Source: a virus
Virus genome (UHGV): UHGV-1519562
Length of the DNA: 64,000 nt
Strand: one strand, 5' to 3'
Position numbers and translations under genes: made by a program. How positions within the stretch are numbered: position 1 is the stretch's first letter; each line of letters opens with the position of its first letter. Under the pieces are notes generated by a model. That model made no database searches, was not told the DNA's origin, and was given only the letters and a program-made list of their open reading frames with translations. This document shows, piece by piece, positions 22,401 through 31,687 of this stretch.

Positions 22401-25081
22401 GTAATAAAAGTAAGAGCTGCTACTGAAGTATTTACACCAGTATAAACTGAAACAAGAGCACCCATTGACTTTGACAAAGCCATGAAAAGACTACTGCCAC
22501 TCATCAAAATCATACCCAAATTAGTCATAATTTGAATGAAAGCTTCTCCCGCAGTAATATTTCCTTCCATAGATTCTTTGAAAACTTTACCCATATTACT
22601 AACCGCGGAAAGAGTCATTCCAAAATTTATAAGATGATTAGACATGCTTACAACAGTTTTTGCCCAACCCGATTCACTTTGAATACTACCAGTCTGCAAA
22701 CTATTCATAAATTTTTTTATTTGTTCATTAATTAATCTTGTATACTCCGCGGCACTATGTTCTTCAGCGGCTAATCTTCTTATCGAATTAATAAATTGAT
22801 CAATAGCTTCAGGAGAATAACTTAATTCCATTAAAGCTTGCTTTAAAAGTTGCATCCCTTTAGAAGCTTCTATTGACTGAGTACCTAAATTATTCAAAAA
22901 TTCTTGTAGTTTAGGAGTAGACCAATTTTGCATTTCTGTTTTCCACAAGCCGGTTTTTTGAATTAACTCTTGTAAAACAGCAGCACTTTCTTTTTGATCT
23001 ATATTTAAATTACTATAAGCTCGTCTTATTACCTCTATAGAACTAGCTTGAGATGCTAACTTTTGCATACTCGCTGTAACTTTTTCTGTAGTTCTTGTTA
23101 TGTCATCTTTTTCATCAAACAAAAAGACAGAATTAAGATTCTTTAATGGCCCATTAACCATATTGGTATTAAACTGTAAAATCTTCTGTCTAAATCTTTC
23201 TTCCCAACCAGGTTTTGGCTCTATATCTAACAATATAGTTGTTTTAAATTCTTCAGCTTCGCCCAACAAAGCAGTTTGCTTTTGAGCAGAAGTCATAATC
23301 TGTTGACGCAAAGCATCAATAACACCTACTCGCTGATTAACTTGCGACATTTGACTTTGGTCATAATTCTTAGTATATTTATTAATCATACCTTGCAACT
23401 GAACTTTTTCTCGCATTAAAGAAATTTCAGTTTCTAAAGCACGATTACCACCAATTATAATATCAAGATTTTCAGCTTCAGTTACAGTCTGTTCTTGTAA
23501 ACCTCTTGTTAATTTTCCTTGAAGTCCAGTCATGATCTGAATATTAGTAACAAAATTTTGTAAACCATTTATTAATTTACCACTATAAACAGAAGTAAGA
23601 ACAGAACCAACAACTAAAGCAATACCTTTTAATCCACCTAAAGCATTAACAACTTGTGCTATTCCGCTTAAAAATGGAGTTAAAACATCATCAATAGCAA
23701 CAATGCTCTCAGGATTCAAAATGCTATCATAAATATCTTCCGCCGCAGCTTTAACTCTTTTTCCTGCGGCTTCCCAAGATTCTGCATAAATATCAGCTTG
23801 TTTATTCAATTCACCTTCAGAATTTTGAGCAATCTTCAAATTATCTTCAAAGAGATCCCAGTTATCCATGAAAGAAACTAGCTGATTATATTGATGAACA
23901 CCAGCTACTGTTTGTGCTAATGCTACTTGCTGATCTTTTGCTAAAGTATCCCATTTTGCGCCCATATCCTCTAAGATTGAATCCATATTACGCAATTCAC
24001 CATTAGAGTCTTTAATTGAAATACCGACTTTGCTTAAAGCTTCCGAATACTTATTTAAATCAGTACCATCTTCAAGAGTTTCCCCTAAATTTAAACCCTG
24101 AATACGAGCAAAGATAGTTTTTAAAGCAGTACCAACAACATCTTCGCTTTGACGAGTTGTGGCAGTAATTGTTGCCAAAGCAGAAGCAGCATAATCAAAA
24201 CTCAATCCAATCGTATCAGCGATTGATGCAAACTTTTCTAAGCCACCTGCAATCTCATCCGAACTAGAAGCAGTAGCAGCACCTAGTGCCACCATCGCAT
24301 CAGCATAATGCTCTAATGATTGTGAACCATCATAGAAGTTATTCCAAACCGCAGTTAATTGGTTAGAAACTACTTGAGCACTTTCATTTGCGGCATTAGC
24401 CATTTTAATAGTAATATCAGTTCTATCAAGAACTTCTTTATCATTTAAACCTTGCTGATAATATATTAATGCTGCATCCGTATAATCTGTTGTTGTTGTA
24501 CTTAAATTTTTTGCAGCACTATTAGCTTGAACTGCAAAATCAGCCATTTGTTCAGCTGATTGTCCAGTAACAATTCTGATAGAATTTAAAGATTTATCTA
24601 AAGCTTTAGAATATTCAACACAAGTATTTAGAGCTCCCATAAATCCATGTAACGCACTTGAAGTTAATTGCCAACGAGCAGTATTTTTCATTGTTGTCCA
24701 CAATTCATCTAATACCTTATTAGTACGTCTCATCGGTAATTCCGCAGAAGTAACTGCTTGCGCAACTTTCATAAAAGCTTGCTGACCAGTAGGGCCTAAC
24801 TGAGATAATTGCTTAGCATAATCACTAATGGTCATCTTACTATTAGCTAAATTTCTATTAAAAGTTACTAAATCTAATTTTCCTGTTTCTTGATTAGTAG
24901 CAGTTTTTAAATTATTAGCTAATTCTAATGCAGATTTAGATGCTTCCCGCATACCCTGAGTCATTTGAGTAGTTGAAGAAGTACCCAATTTTTGTAAAGC
25001 TTTTACAGCATCATTTAAAGACGCTTTTAATTGTGAAGTATCACCAGTAAAGCCTACTTCATAATTAAGTCTTTTAGCCAT
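16487..25081 (-). CDS. tape measure protein
   Basis: 2,864 aa, coiled-coil-rich, internal Gly/Lys linker (GGGGGKGKGGKGKGGKGKGGGGGSGS), hydrophobic segments; canonical position after major tail protein. Confidence 0.8.
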   Translation of the reverse strand: MAKRLNYEVGFTGDTSQLKASLNDAVKALQKLGTSSTTQMTQGMREASKSALELANNLKTATNQETGKLDLVTFNRNLANSKMTISDYAKQLSQLGPTGQQAFMKVAQAVTSAELPMRRTNKVLDELWTTMKNTARWQLTSSALHGFMGALNTCVEYSKALDKSLNSIRIVTGQSAEQMADFAVQANSAAKNLSTTTTDYTDAALIYYQQGLNDKEVLDRTDITIKMANAANESAQVVSNQLTAVWNNFYDGSQSLEHYADAMVALGAATASSSDEIAGGLEKFASIADTIGLSFDYAASALATITATTRQSEDVVGTALKTIFARIQGLNLGETLEDGTDLNKYSEALSKVGISIKDSNGELRNMDSILEDMGAKWDTLAKDQQVALAQTVAGVHQYNQLVSFMDNWDLFEDNLKIAQNSEGELNKQADIYAESWEAAGKRVKAAAEDIYDSILNPESIVAIDDVLTPFLSGIAQVVNALGGLKGIALVVGSVLTSVYSGKLINGLQNFVTNIQIMTGLQGKLTRGLQEQTVTEAENLDIIIGGNRALETEISLMREKVQLQGMINKYTKNYDQSQMSQVNQRVGVIDALRQQIMTSAQKQTALLGEAEEFKTTILLDIEPKPGWEERFRQKILQFNTNMVNGPLKNLNSVFLFDEKDDITRTTEKVTASMQKLASQASSIEVIRRAYSNLNIDQKESAAVLQELIQKTGLWKTEMQNWSTPKLQEFLNNLGTQSIEASKGMQLLKQALMELSYSPEAIDQFINSIRRLAAEEHSAAEYTRLINEQIKKFMNSLQTGSIQSESGWAKTVVSMSNHLINFGMTLSAVSNMGKVFKESMEGNITAGEAFIQIMTNLGMILMSGSSLFMALSKSMGALVSVYTGVNTSVAALTFITKLNTAAEEGNIAAKIANVAITKLLTVSEGSLAAAMGITIGVLALFAAGIVAAVKIVDALVVTQKEASQAITDATQNYSDQKSKLDELNSSLEQTRQKIEELESKDSLSLVEQDELANLKQQEASLERQATLRERIVKAKQAEMAYAIADNFDKKYDKTYKVEPKGKTGADTSNFKTQEDLDKWYNSLNSDQQAKALDQYQNWTQQIAEATAQMTSEVGEDLAELEQDYANYLGAVDSGAIVADPSMIADMQDKLAELRKLIYPTDNQYYEMVIRPVLDDESFDEVRDKIFRALSSGDIKGAGLALTDEMRSAIEAAGISVDDLFNQIAERMSQARETIKSEIGGTEEQLNKLTAEDWDIILTLDLENIGSFRELMEAVENAKNTDLKVKVDTSELDAAKAKIDNLNTNEEPLEKALMSYKEQGYLTMDQTYELIKANSEYAQYIKKVGDEYVLTTQSLTDFTEMEKAEKLALDQAIESMQNKGKVDRDYAQQYVDLYSSLIESSKNWSDQERADSGEDFDKNTEALRRQAQAFQEGKISASEYFDAINQRVSKTGDNFAKLSDGIDGLKESDYAKTMISSTTALADGFKDLISEVEAGGTNMQEYYAGAVKGTKALMNITAKSNKYITKTADGYKVVTDNIDDATKATQDYKDAQKKVQNLNTWEKQVDQAEGFKKAIDDITSYYDYFKNYLNDKNWLELPDNFDTTTTKFKNMCDTMAADIWSLKDTNAEAFSAIMTHMEAENAGFDSSLITSQSQLASAMQGNTAVASSAINGLAAQSQVSIGTLCQIGGQLLQSLASAISSFSYTIQATGVVDNPGGIGLGGGLADKIGALLTTGGKIPFEWDMPSAHIDLTGSGSGGSPMFSTTGSASAKKVNGPGKSNHIRSKDTGAASKGETPGFLENLSAFGSALEEYGKQSVLSQGLKAFAPSGGGTGGRTLNPHGISTDNNRPSGGGGGKGKGGKGKGGKGKGGGGGSGSDDSPEIEDEEIFDDRYHDINNRLEEQSQLLDKIDTAKDRAFGVKKLEKYKEKIEAINKEQELYKEKLKEAEKYLSEDLTDLQKNFSGVKLNIDSDSKALLNYEDLEKWAIEEYNKVVRKYNALGSKTAQESFKDTLDAAKKTLDLRKEILEQYENDQKQRVELLENIAEDARKKFDEKLSSINAVIEVKLKIKDFKDTNREIGKNVVEAFGDAVNWGKKPGQIDFFGMQDNLAKAKDLEEHMNQIFNLMSESEDSADFESVIDSLEDLHGNIADTVSDLKDWLENLREYLTDVIDAAADRFAQFTDQLDHNGTVLDSVKELLDLQGITYKTGKNFELLQKTVQGRLETATSTAKLQKQWMEKAAEQLAEAEKALAGVTEEDAAYDTLKNNRDALLKQFNESQEAMLDAAKEAMETAREYYTNAIEKAAYDFEQAISGGMGLELLQQKYDNLISKEERYLDKVNETYEVSKWNRQLQKAIDEETNEASKNRLKTLQKEIEVRREGNKLSKYDLDILEAKYQMTLAQNALDEAQNAKNSVRLVRNESGNWDYQFTADQSKIDEATQKYEDAANNYYNIAKDQVKNMMDEILQLKQDTLDQIKDVYEDESLTEEERGEKIAEIRRNANDKILYIQQEYQVSLEDMTDAGGEIITEYGNTYNDVMKIMEMGTSNFTAYFETALDEMENAADNYNGTMEEVTETTGSNVDTLRQIIDDTTKSTQDLTTAGTQAADAVWKKIEEVRQASEQWSNYAACVRQALDTLYEMSNFVTTRTVAASVGDMKGYNSNIDYSSVMNDYLSQGGQVGDEIFKSLEYQRYLKILGENFEQGKQYIYSNEDYYNKQNDPEFQKWLKDNGGTGKYEDFVKSHTIGYATGGYTGSFDNEDGKLAFLHEKELVLNQEDTENILSAVSAVRTLGPNLFKQIERILDNNIMAGQNLLNARMASSTTISSDGQIVEQIVHIQADFPGVSSAAEIEAALNNIVNDAAQYASIRK

Positions 25082-25114
25082 AATTAATCTCCTTTCACTC
25101 TTTGTGCATATAAA

Positions 25115-25142
25115 AAATTAAAGCTCTGAGAAATTTCTCAGA
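25115..25142 (-). terminator. perfect hairpin directly upstream of the tape measure gene (attenuator?)
   Basis: aaagctctgag aaattt ctcagagcttt flanked by A/T runs; followed on the minus strand by AAAGGAG and the tape measure start. Confidence 0.45.
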
Positions 25143-25199
25143 GCTTTAAAAAAATTCTCTATAAAATTTTAATATTTATTAGAAATATATTATCTTAAT

Positions 25200-25748
25200 T
25201 TAGCCAACAATATTCTTAATTTCAGAAAGAGTCTCTAAACCTTCACCATTCTTAATTTTCTCTAAAATTTCAGTAAACTGTTCATCCATGCCACCTGCAT
25301 TATCAGAAATCATATTCAACATTCCGGCAAAAGAATTATTAAATCTTGCAATATCAGCAATAGTTTTACTAACGGCATTAGTTAAAAAGTTAAACTCAGA
25401 TTCAGGAATAGCACTCATAATTCTAGTAAAAACTCCATTACTTTCTAATACATCATAAATTTTAGCAGCATTTTCAATTTGCTTGTCAGTAAAAGTAATT
25501 CCTGCATAATACTTAGCAATAGCAAGAGCAAAATAAGTTTCAATTCTAATCTCACTAAAACAACCAGTCTTTTCATCAATCGCGTTTTCCGCGACAAAAG
25601 TAATCAAAGCAGCCTTCTGCTCAATTGGCAAATATTGACGCACTTCTACTTTAAGTTCCTCATCAAGTTCTAGATTAAGATAAATAGTTGCATATTCATC
25701 TTTCATCTTCATTTTCATATTTAATTTACTAAAAGTAACTTTAGACAT
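25200..25748 (-). CDS. tail assembly chaperone-like protein
   Basis: 182 aa acidic helical protein immediately upstream of the tape measure gene. Confidence 0.4.
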   Translation of the reverse strand: MSKVTFSKLNMKMKMKDEYATIYLNLELDEELKVEVRQYLPIEQKAALITFVAENAIDEKTGCFSEIRIETYFALAIAKYYAGITFTDKQIENAAKIYDVLESNGVFTRIMSAIPESEFNFLTNAVSKTIADIARFNNSFAGMLNMISDNAGGMDEQFTEILEKIKNGEGLETLSEIKNIVG

Positions 25749-25812
25749 TTTTAAATCTCCTTTTTATCATTTCTACTTTTATTATACTATTTATTTAATA
25801 AAAAAGCAAATT

Positions 25813-27219
25813 TTAAATAGGTATTCCATTCACCGCTGTTAAATATTTTCTTAAATTAGAACTAACATATCTACCACTAATATGACCTTGCATTGCAATA
25901 CTATTAATTTGATTATAAGCTCTTTTTACACGAACAGCTTTATTTGCTTTATTTGTTATATCTTTTTGACCAACCCAACTGTTATCAACAGCACTTTTAG
26001 TCAAAGAAATACTAAATAAATCACCACTACTTAAAGAACCATATAAATTTCCTTCTCTAACTGCATTTTTAGCATCATTAACTATATCAGCTAATATAGT
26101 TAATACTGGATATGCTCTAAAATTATATACTAATACTCTTTGTGCTTCAGCCGTATTAAAACCAATTAAAAAGTTTTCTGCAAATTTAGCGATTAAATCT
26201 TGTCGAATAATTCTAAAGTTAGTATCCAATGCTCCTGATTCTTGTCCGGCGCTAAAAGCTAAAGTGTTATATATTTGATAATCAATTGAGTTTCCACCAC
26301 CATACAATTGATGTAAAGCTGGAATTAAAAAAGAATTTTTTCCAGAATAACTTGTTAAAGACAAACCATCCGCTGTTCTATAAGTCTTTACAGTAGCAAA
26401 AGTTTCTACATCAAAAGTATCATAAAGTTCAACACCTTGGCTACCTTGTGAACCGCCCATATTATAAGAAAAATATGAATTTCCTAAACTAATATCTGCG
26501 GATTTAGATTGAATTTCTTTAAATTCTCCACTAAAACTTACTCTAATATTTTGTGATTGAGTACCAAGTAATAAATCTTTTACTTCTGTGTCACTTTTTG
26601 CTTCAGCATATGTTCCTATTAAGGCCGCTAAAGCTTCTGAAGGTTTAGTCAAAATTGAATTTAAAGTATTTCGATAATTTTCTCCATTCATAGCAGCTTC
26701 AATGACTTTCATAAAAGCTTGAACATTAATTAATTCATTTATAGAAATATCAGAATAAATTTGTTGAGGATTATCTTTTAACATTTCATATAAAGCAACA
26801 GCATCTTTATTTTGGTGAAAAACAGCTATTATTTGAGCTAATGATTTTATTGCCCCATCTTTGTCTCCTGATTTTAAGGCTGCAACATATCCATCAACTC
26901 CCATATTATATCCACCAATATTTCCTCCCAATTTGCTTGCAGCTTTATTATATTCTTCAACAATTTTATTTTCTATTTGTTTTTCCATTTTTTCAAATTT
27001 TGCTAATTCCATACCTTCTATAAAAGCTTTCTTTTTAGCATCTGTTTGTTGACTGGAGAGTTGTGCTTTCATCATATTTAAATATCTTGTTTTAATAGCT
27101 GCCATTTTATTTGTTGTTTGAGCATAAGGAGTTAAAGTTCCTCCTATATAATGTTCAGGTTTACTATGAATATTAGGATAGCTAGTTCCATCATATTCAA
27201 AAACAAAATCACTACTCAT
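25813..27219 (-). CDS. hypothetical structural protein
   Basis: 468 aa between major tail protein and chaperone-like gene. Confidence 0.4.
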   Translation of the reverse strand: MSSDFVFEYDGTSYPNIHSKPEHYIGGTLTPYAQTTNKMAAIKTRYLNMMKAQLSSQQTDAKKKAFIEGMELAKFEKMEKQIENKIVEEYNKAASKLGGNIGGYNMGVDGYVAALKSGDKDGAIKSLAQIIAVFHQNKDAVALYEMLKDNPQQIYSDISINELINVQAFMKVIEAAMNGENYRNTLNSILTKPSEALAALIGTYAEAKSDTEVKDLLLGTQSQNIRVSFSGEFKEIQSKSADISLGNSYFSYNMGGSQGSQGVELYDTFDVETFATVKTYRTADGLSLTSYSGKNSFLIPALHQLYGGGNSIDYQIYNTLAFSAGQESGALDTNFRIIRQDLIAKFAENFLIGFNTAEAQRVLVYNFRAYPVLTILADIVNDAKNAVREGNLYGSLSSGDLFSISLTKSAVDNSWVGQKDITNKANKAVRVKRAYNQINSIAMQGHISGRYVSSNLRKYLTAVNGIPI

Positions 27220-27237
27220 ATTTTCTCCTTAAAACAA

Positions 27238-27265
27238 AAAATAGGGAAGAGTAAAACTCTTCCCT
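27238..27265 (-). terminator. hairpin plus U-tract after the major tail protein region
   Basis: Minus strand: tagggaagagt ttta ctcttcccta then ttttttgtttt and RBS. Confidence 0.45.
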
Positions 27266-27272
27266 ATTTTTA

Positions 27273-27661
27273 TTAATCAGTTAATTTAGAACCATCAATA
27301 ATATATTTAGTATCATTAATAGTAACTTCCGCAGTAGAACCAATCTTAATTAACAAAGCGTAATCAGAATCAGTTCCATCATATTCCTTAGTCTTGGTAT
27401 AAACGCCACCAACTTCAGTGATATTAACATCACCTTTATTATAATAATATTTTAAAGCTTCATTCTTTTGAATAATAGTAGCACCATTTTTAGGAATAAT
27501 ATTATTTAATCTAACAAGCACATACTTATTTAAAGTATCTTCTGTTGCTATATCCCCAAATAGCCCTTGATATTCTGCGGGAATATCAGTTTTATCTACA
27601 GTGCCAACTAAAGAATAGGTATTCCCTAGTTGACTAATTTTAATATTACTATTTGGGGTAA
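27273..27661 (-). CDS. -1 frame extension of the major tail protein (beta-rich, Ig-like candidate), probably made by frameshifting at the major tail protein stop
   Basis: This frame is open from the base after the major tail protein stop to 27273 with no start codon for 46 codons; junction GCU UUU UAA lets P-site tRNA-Phe slip -1 on U5. Confidence 0.5.
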
Positions 27662-28603
27662 TTAAAAAGCCGCCTTACAATTCTCGCGGTAAGCGGTATC
27701 TTCACCAGTGCTATCTTCAATTACCTGAATAGCAGCAAGAACCTTTTTAGTAGGATCAAACTTAGTGTATCCAGGGAAAGCGTCCATAGTAAAGGTAAAG
27801 GTAGAAGGATCGCCAGAGCTTGCCATAGAGAAAGTAAAGTTAGACTGAATCTTACCATTAGGAATGATGAACTCAGCAGGCATGTCAACACCATCGGACT
27901 CTCTACGGAATAAAGTAGAACCTTCTAGGTAATAACTACCAGCAAATTCATCAGGAGTAATCTCAATCATCTTAGCATTGCCGATCTTCTTAGCATAATA
28001 GTCAACAAGAACAACAGAACCTTCAGCTAATTTCTCAACACCTTCAGCATCAGCGTAACAAACAATAGTAGTTTTCTTCTTAGTGTCATCATAAGTCATA
28101 GAAGCAGGGACACAAGGCTCAACTTTAACTTCACCGGCGTCATCAAGAGCCATGCAGAAAACATCTGCTTCCTTATGGAAATCATAATTTGTTCCTGACT
28201 TGTCCCCTTCTTGCGCACGTCCGCCATTCCAGCAAATTTTACCATCAACAGCAAATTTGCCTTCAGCATCAACCTGCACTTGAGAAGTAGTATGAACATA
28301 AATAGGGGCTTCCGCAGAAGCATCCATCAAACCAGCACCGGAAAGAATTGCAAAACTTTCAGGGGAAAGCAATGCATCTTCCATTGTAAATGTAAGAGTC
28401 TTCTCACCTTCCCAGGCAATTAATCTAGAGTTACCACGTCCGCCTTGAGCATAAACTGTGGTAGCTTGACCTTCTAGGCTAGAAGTCTTTAAAGTATCAA
28501 AATAAAGAACAGGCTCATTCTTATAAAAAGTACGAGCACCTAGAGTTTGCTTTGCTTTAGCACGCAACACAACATCACAGATCTCGCGTACACCAAATCT
28601 CAT
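27662..28603 (-). CDS. major tail protein
   Basis: 313 aa, elevated GC and C/T-ending codons (highly expressed); upstream of chaperone and tape measure genes. Confidence 0.6.
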   Translation of the reverse strand: MRFGVREICDVVLRAKAKQTLGARTFYKNEPVLYFDTLKTSSLEGQATTVYAQGGRGNSRLIAWEGEKTLTFTMEDALLSPESFAILSGAGLMDASAEAPIYVHTTSQVQVDAEGKFAVDGKICWNGGRAQEGDKSGTNYDFHKEADVFCMALDDAGEVKVEPCVPASMTYDDTKKKTTIVCYADAEGVEKLAEGSVVLVDYYAKKIGNAKMIEITPDEFAGSYYLEGSTLFRRESDGVDMPAEFIIPNGKIQSNFTFSMASSGDPSTFTFTMDAFPGYTKFDPTKKVLAAIQVIEDSTGEDTAYRENCKAAF

Positions 28604-28624
28604 GTTTAATTTCCTCCTTATAAA

Positions 28625-29359
28625 TTAATGAATGTTTTTCATCCAATTTTCCGCATCTTGTTTGGGGTCTCCACCTGCAAGCTTAACCCGCAAATTTAAA
28701 TCCCATTCAATAAACAGATTATATCTTTCAACTAAATCAAATAGTTGATATATTGTTAAAGCCAGACAACTTTCTAAAGACATAGAGGAAATCCCTATCG
28801 TTAAAATAGAAACGTATCTGCTTAACACGCTTTCTTGATTTTTTCCCTTTAATTCTGCAACTCTTTTTCTGCCTTTCATTAATTTATCGGCAATTTTTTT
28901 TGCAGCTTCATTTGCAGGATTATAAACAACATTATCTCCCTGAAAAATACTACTTATACAAAACATTTGTTTTAATATTTCTTGTAAAAAAACATAATTA
29001 TTATCATCTATTAAAATAGTTTGTTTTGTTTGCAAATTATTAAGAATAATGCTCTTTGGAGTAATTATTGGTTTAAATCCTGGAAACAAAAGAGAAAGTA
29101 AAGTTATTAAAGCTATTTTTTTCTCAGCGTCTTCTGATTGTTCAATAACTTTCATCAATACTTGAAAATTTGTTAAACTCTGTAAAAGACTTTCGTCCTC
29201 TAATAGAGCTTCTTTATTTAAACATAAATAATGAATTGCCATAAAAAAATTTTGTTCACCCATCCTCGCAATTTCTTTTAATTGCGGTTGATGAATAATC
29301 GCTTGCAGTTCAGGTATAGGAATATCTACACCTGCCATTAATGCTAATTTAATATCCAT
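28625..29359 (-). CDS. neck / tail-completion protein (positional)
   Basis: 244 aa between capsid and tail genes. Confidence 0.35.
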   Translation of the reverse strand: MDIKLALMAGVDIPIPELQAIIHQPQLKEIARMGEQNFFMAIHYLCLNKEALLEDESLLQSLTNFQVLMKVIEQSEDAEKKIALITLLSLLFPGFKPIITPKSIILNNLQTKQTILIDDNNYVFLQEILKQMFCISSIFQGDNVVYNPANEAAKKIADKLMKGRKRVAELKGKNQESVLSRYVSILTIGISSMSLESCLALTIYQLFDLVERYNLFIEWDLNLRVKLAGGDPKQDAENWMKNIH

Positions 29360-29360
29360 A

Positions 29361-29897
29361 TTAACTTAAAGGATTAACCTTATCTTCATTACCTCTAACG
29401 GCCCAATATCTTAAATTAATTCCTGCAAATTCATTATCTATGAGAATTTGTTCTGCACTAAGAAACTGTAATTCTCCAATTCCTGTTAAATGTTGTCCAT
29501 CTAAAATAGAATCTAACTCCCCAGCTATGCGATAAGGTCTTAACTCAAAATCTCCTAAATCCCATGAATCATAATGGCAAATAATTTTAATATCTATCAT
29601 ATGATTTCTATAATAAGGATTAGTATCATTTGGAACAAAATCATCATAACTAATTCTTAAATAAGTAGCTTTATCTGGAAAAACAGTAATCTTAGGTATA
29701 TTAGATATTTGTTTATTTTCAAATAATTCTTTTATTTGTTGACTATTTAAATCAGGTTTATCTTTCCAATCTTTAGAAGTATAATAAATTAATTTTAAAA
29801 TATTTTTATTGGTTAAAATTTTATTTATAATCAAAGCTGTATCTTTGGCCATACCTAAAAAACTAGACTTTGGAAATTCATATAAATTTTTTTTCAT
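29361..29897 (-). CDS. neck / head-tail joining protein (positional)
   Basis: 178 aa. Confidence 0.35.
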   Translation of the reverse strand: MKKNLYEFPKSSFLGMAKDTALIINKILTNKNILKLIYYTSKDWKDKPDLNSQQIKELFENKQISNIPKITVFPDKATYLRISYDDFVPNDTNPYYRNHMIDIKIICHYDSWDLGDFELRPYRIAGELDSILDGQHLTGIGELQFLSAEQILIDNEFAGINLRYWAVRGNEDKVNPLS

Positions 29898-29916
29898 TCC
29901 TTTTTCTCCTTTAGCT

Positions 29917-30882
29917 TTAGAATAATGATTCTACCACTATTGTTTTTGTTTCTACAATATGGTCTTTATACCATTCTAAAGTAAATTGTCCACTAACCGA
30001 TTTTTGCCAAATCACTTTAACCCGCAAATCATCAATAGGAATCAAACAAACTGGATAATTTTCAACAACTTTCCATTTTCCTCCCACATCTGGAGCTTCA
30101 TATATTTCAGCAATATTAGGTTTAATAAAAGTTTCTCCCTTTATAATTGTATCAGGAGACGGATCAACAGGCTCTATAACTAAACCATTTTTAATTTCTT
30201 CTATTTTATCATCTGTTTCTTTATTAATATAATATTCTTCAGCATTAACTTCAATAATATTCTTCATTGAAATCGAATCTGGGGCTTGTACTTGCCAGCA
30301 TTTTCCAGCAAATAAAAATTCTGAATATCTATCAAAAGCAAATAAAGTTTGTTCATTTTTAGGTAATAAAATATTTAAACTTAAATTTGGTTTATCAACT
30401 CGAACTTGTCCTTTTTGAATAGACTCAATTTGTGTTTCTACGGGGCCTCTAATCGCCGCCCAAGTAGAACAAATATTTCCTTTTTCATCCTTAAATTTTA
30501 TTTTATGGCGACAAAGCCTAATTTCACCTCTAAAATAAGCGTCCTCTGTTAAGGCTCTTAAATAAATAATCCAATTAGTATCAGTGCCAACCCACTTAAA
30601 AATATCTCCTAAATCATAATTATATTTATAATCAATAGAAAGAACTTTATCATCATAGTCTTGTTTTAATTTATCAGGATTAATCAAAGCTCTATATTGC
30701 GGTTGAATCTCTTCTAATTCAAAGCAATCTGTATATTTTTGAACTAATTCTACATTACAACCTTGATAAGAATATAATAAACTTTTTAAGAAAGCTCTAT
30801 ACTTATCATTTATCATTCTGTCCTCTTGCTTTAACCCACCAAAATATTCAAGACGTTTGTGCATTAATTCTAAATTATTCAT
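29917..30882 (-). CDS. head-tail connector region protein (positional)
   Basis: 321 aa. Confidence 0.35.
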   Translation of the reverse strand: MNNLELMHKRLEYFGGLKQEDRMINDKYRAFLKSLLYSYQGCNVELVQKYTDCFELEEIQPQYRALINPDKLKQDYDDKVLSIDYKYNYDLGDIFKWVGTDTNWIIYLRALTEDAYFRGEIRLCRHKIKFKDEKGNICSTWAAIRGPVETQIESIQKGQVRVDKPNLSLNILLPKNEQTLFAFDRYSEFLFAGKCWQVQAPDSISMKNIIEVNAEEYYINKETDDKIEEIKNGLVIEPVDPSPDTIIKGETFIKPNIAEIYEAPDVGGKWKVVENYPVCLIPIDDLRVKVIWQKSVSGQFTLEWYKDHIVETKTIVVESLF

Positions 30883-31180
30883 AAGGCATTAACCTCACTA
30901 ATAAATCTATACAACGAAAAACTGTTTTTCTATATATCATAAAATCATCACAAACTTCAGATTTTAATCCTTCAAGTTTAGATAATAAAACTAAAAAATC
31001 AATTTGATTTTGATATATTTCATTTAATCCACTAATTTCTTCTATCATTACTGATAAATGTGTATCCCAAGGTTCATTATTTTCTCTCATTGGAATTAAT
31101 TTCCATAATTGATTAACCAATCTATGAGTGTCTGCTTTAATCACTTTTTTATCAAACTCAAAATTATATTTATTAATCAT
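30875..31180 (-). CDS. head-tail adaptor-like small protein (positional)
   Basis: 101 aa, overlapping start/stop with neighbours. Confidence 0.35.
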   Translation of the reverse strand: MINKYNFEFDKKVIKADTHRLVNQLWKLIPMRENNEPWDTHLSVMIEEISGLNEIYQNQIDFLVLLSKLEGLKSEVCDDFMIYRKTVFRCIDLLVRLMPYE

Positions 31181-31667
31181 TAAAGGTACTTATCTCCGCA
31201 AGAGTAGACCAATTAGATTTAATTGATCCCTTAGAATCAATAATTTTTCTACGTTTATATAAACGTTGCATGTGGCGATCCTGTCTTTCGCCTTCTTGTT
31301 TAAGTTTGATAAGTTTATCTAAATGATTAGCTTGACTGGTCATTTTAAAATCAGAACCTGAAAATTTTTGCCTAGTATTTTCAATAGAAGCTACTTGTCT
31401 TTGAAGCCAAGTATTATACATTAAAATAGCGAGGATATTTATTTCCTCGCTAGTTAAATGACAATTATAAGAATCTTCATTGTAATCATATAAAGGAAAA
31501 CGTGGAAATTCAAAACCAGGAATAGCGTCAATTAAAATATTTTTTACATCTTTTTCAGTATCCTCTTTTGTCCATTCCACATACATATCATCAGTAATTT
31601 TGCCAAAAAATCTATCATAAATTTCTTTAAAAGTAGTATTTGGCCCAGTGATAGGATAATCTGACAT
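31173..31667 (-). CDS. head completion / connector protein (positional)
   Basis: 164 aa. Confidence 0.35.
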   Translation of the reverse strand: MSDYPITGPNTTFKEIYDRFFGKITDDMYVEWTKEDTEKDVKNILIDAIPGFEFPRFPLYDYNEDSYNCHLTSEEINILAILMYNTWLQRQVASIENTRQKFSGSDFKMTSQANHLDKLIKLKQEGERQDRHMQRLYKRRKIIDSKGSIKSNWSTLAEISTFND

Positions 31668-31687
31668 AATAATGTCCTCCTTTATAT

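Noticed and set aside
18771-23285. Plus-strand ORFs of 60-94 aa inside the tape measure gene (18771, 19290, 21189, 22532, 23100) and minus 19393..19617
   Set aside because: Fully embedded in the 8.6-kb tape measure ORF on the opposite strand or another frame; low-complexity translations, no RBS or promoter.
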